From an uncultured virus (IMG/VR IMGVR_UViG_3300036835_000208) (taxonomy: Duplodnaviria; Heunggongvirae; Uroviricota; Caudoviricetes), in IMG/VR virus record IMGVR_UViG_3300036835_000208: 20,000 bases of DNA, one strand, 5' to 3'. The notes below the pieces were generated by a model. It saw only the letters and a list, made by a program, of their open reading frames with translations, was not told the DNA's origin and searched no databases. Each line of letters opens with the position of its first letter. The first letter of the stretch is position 1. The position numbers and the translations under genes were made by a program. This document shows positions 14,242 to 20,000 of the stretch, one piece after another.

Positions 14242-17200
14242 TTTTCTTTTTTCCCTCCATTTTCCTGACGGCCATAGCCCTGACGATCGTCTCCTTGACT
14301 TCTTCCTCCACTCCCCAGACCTGGGGCTGGCCAGCATAGGAGCCGGTCACGGAGTAGAAGCGAAAGCCTTGCGGGCCGTCGTTGAGATAGGGCTGACGGA
14401 CTGCACCATCGAGACAGACCGCCTGCCCACTACATTTACGCGCTAGGTATTTGAGGATCTTGCAGTCGGTCTGCTTGGTCTCCGGACAGATGATGTGAAA
14501 TTTGATTCCGTTCTCATCGACCGCATCGAGCAGGTAGCTCTTGGCACTAGCCCAGATAGACGCCTTCAGCTCCAGCTTGGGCTCGTTGGGGATCCAGAAC
14601 AGCTTGGAGACCGACTCCATCTGTGCAGATAGCTCTAGATCGCGCTGTAAGCCTCTGTGACGCCACGCGGAGCCCTCCCTGGCCCTGGCAGCCACCTTCT
14701 TGGGCTTGAGCCCTCTCAGGGCCTCTGGCGTGTCCAGCAGGAAGCCCAGCAGAGCTAGCTGTACGTCGTCTCCGCCCTCTCCGGGTATGCCAAGAGACAC
14801 CAACGCCCCGGCGGCAGCAAGCTGTTCAATTCGGGCAGTGTTAACAGCACGGGAGCTTGTGCGGCTTTTGAGATCATCCAGATCAGCAAAGGGTTGTCCT
14901 CGCACAAGCTCAGATACTGCTCCAGGGCCGATTCCGTGGATCCTCGCCAGTCCCACTCGAATCTGACCTGTGCGTCGATCGAAGGAGAACCCAGATTGGC
15001 TGAAATTAACGTCCGGGCCAGCGAACTTAAAGCCTTCTCCCCTTGCTGCGGCAATGTATTTGTGTTTCTCGGGGTAAACGTCCAGGAGTGCAGTGAAAAA
15101 TTCGGCGGGATGTCGGCATCGTAGATATGCGGAGCGAACCGCCAGGAGACCATAGCTCGTGGCATGCCCCTTATTGAATCCATACCCCTGGAATGAGACG
15201 AGGAGCTTCCAGACTGCATGTGCCTGGCTCTCGTCCATGTGCGATCTTGCTCGTTCGAGAAAGACTGGCTCGATTTTGGCGAAGGCTGCTTTGGAATGCC
15301 TGCCCACCCCCTTCGACAATTTGATGGCCTGGTACAGCTCGTCTACCTCGGCATCGGACATGCCTACCGCATAGCCCAGCTCCATAGCCTGTTCCTGAAA
15401 TAGCGGGATGCCATGCGTCGGGCCGAGAATTTTCTTAGCAATCGGATGTGGGTAACGTACAACCTCCCGTCCATGCTTGCGTGCGTTAAACAGGTGATGT
15501 AGACCCGTCCGCACAAGCGCCGGGCGGTAAAGCGCAACGGAAGAAATAACGTCATCCACACTCTCGACTCCGACCTCGATACAGCCCAGCCTATTTTCCT
15601 TACCCTGTAATGTGAATACTCCTTCAGTCTTTCCGTCCCGTAGCATCTTAAAGGTATCGGGATCGTCCAGTGGAATATTCTCCAGGTCAAGCGGACTCTT
15701 TCCCAGTAGACCAAGGGCTCTCTTGACAACAGATAGAGTTCGTAGTCGTAGAAAATCACCTTTTACCAATCCGAAGTCATCGAGAGCATTCATGTCGTAT
15801 TGCGTGACCAGTGCGCCGGACGATGTAATCAGGTAGAGGGGGATCCACTGCCTGAGCGGTCGGTCTCTCGTCCCGAACAGCCAGCCGCAGGCATGTTGAC
15901 CGACCGAGCGAACGGAGTCAAACATCTCAGAGGCCAACTGGTACAGCTCCGGATAGTCAGCCTTCAGCACCTCGTAGGCGTCCGTCTCCGTCTCCACCAT
16001 GCCGGAGTCGATCATCTGCGGCAGGAGCTTGGCCAGGTCGTCCTGCTGCTCCTTGGGGATGCCCAGCGCGGAGGCCGCCGTCCTGAACGCTGAGCGGTTA
16101 GCCACTGTCCCCAGGTTGCAGATAGGAACGACCTGACCATCCCCTTCTAGCTCCTGCATCCGTGAAATCACGATCTGCATGAAATCTTCGTGGCGATCCT
16201 TCTCCACGTCGATGTCGATGTCGGGGAATTTCTTTCTGGCCGGATTGAAGAAGCGCGTGAAGGTCAGCCCGTATTCGATTGAGTCGATATCATGTATTCC
16301 GAGGGCATAGCAGAGGAGGGAGTTGGCTGCCGATCCCCTTGTGTTCGTGAGAATACCTTGAGCCCGTGCCGATTGAATGAAATCTGACATGAGCAAGAGA
16401 TAATGAGCAAACTCGCCCATACCTTCAAGCTCCAGTGCCAATCGTTCGGCTGCGATAGATCCGTGTTTGGCCACCAGGGCTGCCTGTCGATCTCTACACC
16501 TGCGCCGAATTTCTCGCTTGGGAAATTCGTAACCTGAAAACGGGATAGAGTAAGAGAACCTGTCCAACGGATCCAGCCTGATCTCTGCGTCATTGACAAT
16601 CGCGGCGATACTATCCAGTCCCTCACGCGGTAGTCCATCAGCGACACGCTCCATATCTCTCATGTAATTGCCGAAATAGGCGTAGTCCTTCAGGTACTCA
16701 GCCGTCATCTGTTCCTTGCTCTTGCCATAGTGGTCGTCGTCCCTGTGACGCCAGGCAGTAGCGCGCATGGCGATATGCGTCTTGCGCTGCCCTACACGCT
16801 GGAAGTGAGAGTCATTCGTAAAGACAATAGGCGTTCGTGAAACTCGCGCAACTTCGAGGAGTCCTGCTCGGATAGCTCGCTCACTCGCAAGCAGAGCGTC
16901 GTATGCAAGATGATCTCGTCCAGCCCACTTCGGAATTCGATGATTTTGTATTTCCACAAAGAAGTTGCTGAAGAGGGACTTAACGGCTCCAACATAAGCT
17001 CCGGCAACTGCGATGGCTGTTCCATTATCTGCCTCCAGGAGCATCTGATCCAGCTCTGAGCCCAGGCAACCGGAGAGCACGACGTTGTGATGCAGCGGGT
17101 GCGGAGCAGTATCGGCCATCTCCAGGAGACTGATGCGCGGACGGTAGTAGTAATTATCGCGGCTCATGGACGTTGTATTCCAGGCCACCAGATTCTCATA

Positions 17201-17497
17201 GCCCTCCCGTGAGAGGGCCAGGACAGTCAGGTGATAGGACTCAGTGCGCGTGGTCTTGTCCTTGACGCCGAGCAGCTCGTCAGGGACGACGTACATCTCA
17301 CAGCCCAGGATCGGCTTGATGCCATTTTCAACGCAGGCTTTGTAGAAGGTCGGAGCCGAGCAGATATGGCCGTGCTCGGTCAAGGCGGCAGCAGACCAGC
17401 CCAGCTCCTTCGCCCGCAGGACAACCTCCTTGGGACTACCCATGCCATCCAGCATCGAATAGGTGGAGTGGCAATGCAGGTCAATGTAATTGGTCAT
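14225..17497 (-). CDS. dnaE: DNA polymerase III alpha subunit (family C)
   Basis: PHP domain (LHCHSTYSMLDG, TEHG, GCE, NDSH), RGSAANS, FPDIDID, GLVKGDFL, ALYRP, YGFNKGHATSY, HhH GIG. Confidence 0.97.
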   Translation of the reverse strand: MTNYIDLHCHSTYSMLDGMGSPKEVVLRAKELGWSAAALTEHGHICSAPTFYKACVENGIKPILGCEMYVVPDELLGVKDKTTRTESYHLTVLALSREGYENLVAWNTTSMSRDNYYYRPRISLLEMADTAPHPLHHNVVLSGCLGSELDQMLLEADNGTAIAVAGAYVGAVKSLFSNFFVEIQNHRIPKWAGRDHLAYDALLASERAIRAGLLEVARVSRTPIVFTNDSHFQRVGQRKTHIAMRATAWRHRDDDHYGKSKEQMTAEYLKDYAYFGNYMRDMERVADGLPREGLDSIAAIVNDAEIRLDPLDRFSYSIPFSGYEFPKREIRRRCRDRQAALVAKHGSIAAERLALELEGMGEFAHYLLLMSDFIQSARAQGILTNTRGSAANSLLCYALGIHDIDSIEYGLTFTRFFNPARKKFPDIDIDVEKDRHEDFMQIVISRMQELEGDGQVVPICNLGTVANRSAFRTAASALGIPKEQQDDLAKLLPQMIDSGMVETETDAYEVLKADYPELYQLASEMFDSVRSVGQHACGWLFGTRDRPLRQWIPLYLITSSGALVTQYDMNALDDFGLVKGDFLRLRTLSVVKRALGLLGKSPLDLENIPLDDPDTFKMLRDGKTEGVFTLQGKENRLGCIEVGVESVDDVISSVALYRPALVRTGLHHLFNARKHGREVVRYPHPIAKKILGPTHGIPLFQEQAMELGYAVGMSDAEVDELYQAIKLSKGVGRHSKAAFAKIEPVFLERARSHMDESQAHAVWKLLVSFQGYGFNKGHATSYGLLAVRSAYLRCRHPAEFFTALLDVYPEKHKYIAAARGEGFKFAGPDVNFSQSGFSFDRRTGQIRVGLARIHGIGPGAVSELVRGQPFADLDDLKSRTSSRAVNTARIEQLAAAGALVSLGIPGEGGDDVQLALLGFLLDTPEALRGLKPKKVAARAREGSAWRHRGLQRDLELSAQMESVSKLFWIPNEPKLELKASIWASAKSYLLDAVDENGIKFHIICPETKQTDCKILKYLARKCSGQAVCLDGAVRQPYLNDGPQGFRFYSVTGSYAGQPQVWGVEEEVKETIVRAMAVRKMEGKKKNGASA

Positions 17498-17814
17498 GCG
17501 GCAATTTTTGCTGGGGTAGCATCCTTCAGACGTTGTAGGACACGAGCCTTGACGGCGACCGTAGCGGGCTTGGCTTCAATCAGCACCGACTCCCCGGTGC
17601 GCGGATTCCTGCCCTCTCTGGCCGGTTGCGCCGGACGGAGCTTGGACTCCACCTGTACCAGACCCAGGATCCTGAATCTATTACCATTGGAAATCTCATT
17701 AGCGGCCAGGCTGGCGTAGTGGTCGAGCACGTACTTGACATCGACCTGAGCGATGCCTGAGTCGTCCGCTATCCGCTTCACCTGCTGGCCATAGGTCATC
17801 ATCGGAGCTGCCAC
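17494..17814 (-). CDS. hup: HU/IHF-family DNA-binding protein
   Basis: AREGRNPRTGESVLIEAKPA arm and C-terminal LKDA; AAGGAGG SD; ATGA-coupled to dnaE. Confidence 0.92.
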   Translation of the reverse strand: MAAPMMTYGQQVKRIADDSGIAQVDVKYVLDHYASLAANEISNGNRFRILGLVQVESKLRPAQPAREGRNPRTGESVLIEAKPATVAVKARVLQRLKDATPAKIAA

Positions 17815-17839
17815 TGTCCCTCCTTCGCTGTAAGGTCTC

Positions 17840-17900
17840 CTGTGGCCACGGATGCCCTAGGGTTGTTCGGGAGATATACCCCGGGGCTCCGTGGCCTCAG
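17840..17900 (-). other. Long intergenic stem-loop upstream of HU
   Basis: GGCCACGGA/TCCGTGGCC plus GCCC-GGGGT/ACCCT-GGGC; about 21 pairs with a 14-nt loop. Confidence 0.65.
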
Positions 17901-17908
17901 CGGGCCTC

Positions 17909-18076
17909 CTAGCGGCCGTACTCGGGCCGCGTTTCCCGGTTGTCCTGCGACTGATCGCGCGGGGGAGTAGGAGAGATGATCTTGACGGGGGTCTCTCTGG
18001 CACCGCCGCCCACGATCGTCACTCCCTTGGGCCTGCCCGGTTGCCCGGTCAGAATTTTCACCTTCTGCTCGCTCAT
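17909..18076 (-). CDS. 55-aa hypothetical protein (not in the ORF track)
   Basis: ATGA overlap with the SSB stop; GGAGG SD; MSEQKVKILTGQPGRPKGVTIVGGGARETPVKIISPTPPRDQSQDNRETRPEYGR. Confidence 0.6.
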   Translation of the reverse strand: MSEQKVKILTGQPGRPKGVTIVGGGARETPVKIISPTPPRDQSQDNRETRPEYGR

Positions 18077-19131
18077 CGAGCCCTCCGTGCCCTGCGCCGT
18101 GCAGGCTTCTCACCATCGTCCTCGGACTCGGGAGCAGCACCGGCCATCTCGAAGGAGGTAATCACCCAATCTTCTTCCTCGTCCTGGATGGCCTGCAGGT
18201 TGACCATTACACCTTTGACCAGATCGTCGTAGTCAACCTCGACGCCTTCGCCCACGTAGAACTTGGTGGTCTTGCCGTTCAGCTTTACGGAGACGGTCTC
18301 ATTTTCTTCTGAGAAGGCAATGACAGCGTATTCTCCAGAGACTGCTGGTGCTTCTTCACTTTCCTCTTCTGTTTCTTCCTCAGACTCCTCTTCGTCATCG
18401 TCCTCCTCGTCGTCGTCCTCGTCAGCCTCGGAGTGCGTCATCTGAGTAGCATCGACATCGCTGTCCGCGTCCTCTTCTTCCTCAATTTCCTCTTCCTCGG
18501 CTACGGCCTGACCACGACGAGCACGAACGGGCACCTCTTCTTCCTCGATTTCGTCATCGCTGCTGTCGTCCTCCAGCGCCTCCATCGCTGCGATCCGCTC
18601 CATCTGAGCACGGAGCTGGCGCTGGACGAATGCCTCCAGATCCAATTCCTCGACCAGCGGCAGCAACTTTTTCATCTGCGTCTCGGTCAGCGGCTTCTCG
18701 TTGCGTGTGCGCACGGAGTAGTCGCCCTTGTCGGACAGGCGTTTGACCCTGACCTTCTTGCCCAGCAGCCCAGCCTCCTCCTCAGCCTCGGCAGCCAGCA
18801 TGTTAATTGTCTTGTTGCTGATGCCGAACAGCTTGAGCTGATCACCGGCCGCATTGTCCGGGTAGTACCAGACGGTGATGGCGCGCGTCCAGGGATTGTC
18901 ATTGATGCGGCAGAACGGGCAGTCATCCCCAGCACAGGGAACATTTTGCTTTACCGACTGATCCCAGTGCGAGTAATACTCGAAGTAGCCGGGGTTGTCG
19001 TCCAGCTCCGGGTCGGGCTCAAACATCGCATGAGCGACAAACTGCTCGTCCACCTTGAGCGATGTAAAAACGGACGGTCGCTTGCGATCTTCCTTGCTTC
19101 GTACCTTGCGAACCGTGAACTCACGGGCCAT
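18073..19131 (-). CDS. gp32-like single-stranded DNA-binding protein
   Basis: HW...PCAGDDCPFC Zn site as in T4 gp32; G..VRVKR....DYSV OB strands; long acidic tract; located between primase and polymerase. Confidence 0.8.
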   Translation of the reverse strand: MAREFTVRKVRSKEDRKRPSVFTSLKVDEQFVAHAMFEPDPELDDNPGYFEYYSHWDQSVKQNVPCAGDDCPFCRINDNPWTRAITVWYYPDNAAGDQLKLFGISNKTINMLAAEAEEEAGLLGKKVRVKRLSDKGDYSVRTRNEKPLTETQMKKLLPLVEELDLEAFVQRQLRAQMERIAAMEALEDDSSDDEIEEEEVPVRARRGQAVAEEEEIEEEEDADSDVDATQMTHSEADEDDDEEDDDEEESEEETEEESEEAPAVSGEYAVIAFSEENETVSVKLNGKTTKFYVGEGVEVDYDDLVKGVMVNLQAIQDEEEDWVITSFEMAGAAPESEDDGEKPARRRARRAR

Positions 19132-19528
19132 GTGTCACCTTTCCATAGTTAACTCTTCTTCCCCATTCCTTACGCCTTTCCTTATTACACGTTCGACAGA
19201 CACGCCTCCCTTCTAGTTGCAGGGTGTTCTCCTCGTCATACGGATGACCCTGTGGACAATGCGTTTTCGTAGCAGCACCACGCCGGATGTTCTCCGCAAG
19301 CGACACCGGCTCCAAATGTTCCGGATTACAACATAGGCGATTGCGACAGAGATGATCCAGTGTCATACCCTCGGGTATAGGGCCTGCCAACAACTCATAG
19401 GCAAACCGATGCGCCATTTCATATTCATGCACGGAGAGCCAGAAGCGTCCATAGCCACCAGCATTCACGCTAGCCTGCCATTCCCAGCACTCACCCACGG
19501 GTTCTATTTTGCTCCAGAACCGCTCCAC
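19121..19528 (-). CDS. Free-standing HNH endonuclease
   Basis: RFWSK, CWEW, GYGRF, AHR, LDHLCRNRLCCNPEHLEPV...EN, plus C-terminal THCPQGH...CRTC. Confidence 0.92.
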   Translation of the reverse strand: MERFWSKIEPVGECWEWQASVNAGGYGRFWLSVHEYEMAHRFAYELLAGPIPEGMTLDHLCRNRLCCNPEHLEPVSLAENIRRGAATKTHCPQGHPYDEENTLQLEGRRVCRTCNKERRKEWGRRVNYGKVTHGP

Positions 19529-19998
19529 TGCTTTCCCCTAACGATACGCCTCCAGACGCGGAGTGGAATAGCGCGATTAAGAGCGGCATCAATCTCCGCT
19601 CGATTACATTCTTGAGGGTCGGATCTTCCTGGAGGATAGCGAACGACAAAGGAAGGATACCGTCCGCAAACCATTCGCTCGGCAATTTCCACTCCTCGTA
19701 CCCCGGCGCTATCTCGGTCGAAGAATAGGTAAATCCGAGACGGACGCAGCATCCCGACAGTATGAGATTGAAACGCAGAGATACCAGTCCCAAGCGTGGC
19801 GACTGCGTTGTGATGTCCACACTGATGGAGCCAGATTGCGTCAAGGCACCCCTCCACAAGAATTAGTCCTAGTGATCTTACAAGAGAACGATCAGATTCG
19901 CAAGCCCCAAACAGCAGCCGCGACTTAGGATACTCGGTGTAGAGGTATTTGGGCTGGCGGTCTGAGACCGTGCGCTTGATCAGAAAGCGCGTGCTGCC
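19504..19998 (-). CDS. dnaG: DnaG-type DNA primase, TOPRIM domain (5' end outside the window)
   Basis: The frame is open to the window edge: PKYLY...KSRLLFG...ILVEGCLDA...AVATLGT...LFFDRDSAG...GRSDP. Confidence 0.9.
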   Translation of the reverse strand, partial: GSTRFLIKRTVSDRQPKYLYTEYPKSRLLFGACESDRSLVRSLGLILVEGCLDAIWLHQCGHHNAVATLGTGISAFQSHTVGMLRPSRIYLFFDRDSAGVRGVEIAERMVCGRYPSFVVRYPPGRSDPQECNRAEIDAALNRAIPLRVWRRIVRGKQWSGSGAK

Positions 19999-20000
19999 GC

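Noticed and set aside
14246..14252. dnaX-type -1 frameshift heptamer A AAA AAG at the end of dnaE fusing it to the next gene
   Set aside because: The downstream ORF is in the +1 frame. A -1 shift would add only about 25 residues, and I see no stimulatory hairpin.
12584..17497. Inteins or introns in dnaE or recA
   Set aside because: Both have normal lengths with contiguous motifs and no intein splice signatures or LAGLIDADG blocks.
18340..18580. Tandem DNA repeat or microsatellite
   Set aside because: The low complexity is explained by Asp/Glu codons of the SSB acidic tract.
1604..19615. Numerous plus-strand ORFs (e.g. 5826-6722, 8470-9384, 18433-19152)
   Set aside because: They are antisense shadows of well-supported minus-strand genes in GC-rich DNA, with no motifs or RBS.

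Overview
This window looks like a fragment of a GC-rich dsDNA bacteriophage or prophage genome. From about 1277 to 20000 nearly every real gene is on the minus strand and tightly packed. The right part is a replication/recombination module: DnaG primase (truncated by the window edge), HNH endonuclease, gp32-like SSB, HU, DnaE, RecA, an Hjc-like nuclease, a Cas4-like exonuclease, a UvsY-like protein, a RuvC-like resolvase, an SF2 helicase, a Zn-finger/MerR-type HTH protein, a HIRAN protein and an H1-like basic protein. Positions 1277-5612 hold small early/accessory genes, including an ArdA-like protein and a 2OG-Fe(II) oxygenase. Six of these genes share a start-associated AGGGGATAGC motif, and three share a repeated promoter cassette. 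The first ~1.25 kb has no convincing protein gene. It has a consensus plus-strand promoter followed by ~700 nt of densely tiled helices (candidate large phage ncRNA), a palindrome array and a hairpin carrying the complement of the early-gene RBS motif. Leaderless promoters and the DnaE PHP motif hint at an actinobacterial host (inference). All protein calls are from motif recognition by eye; no database searches were run.
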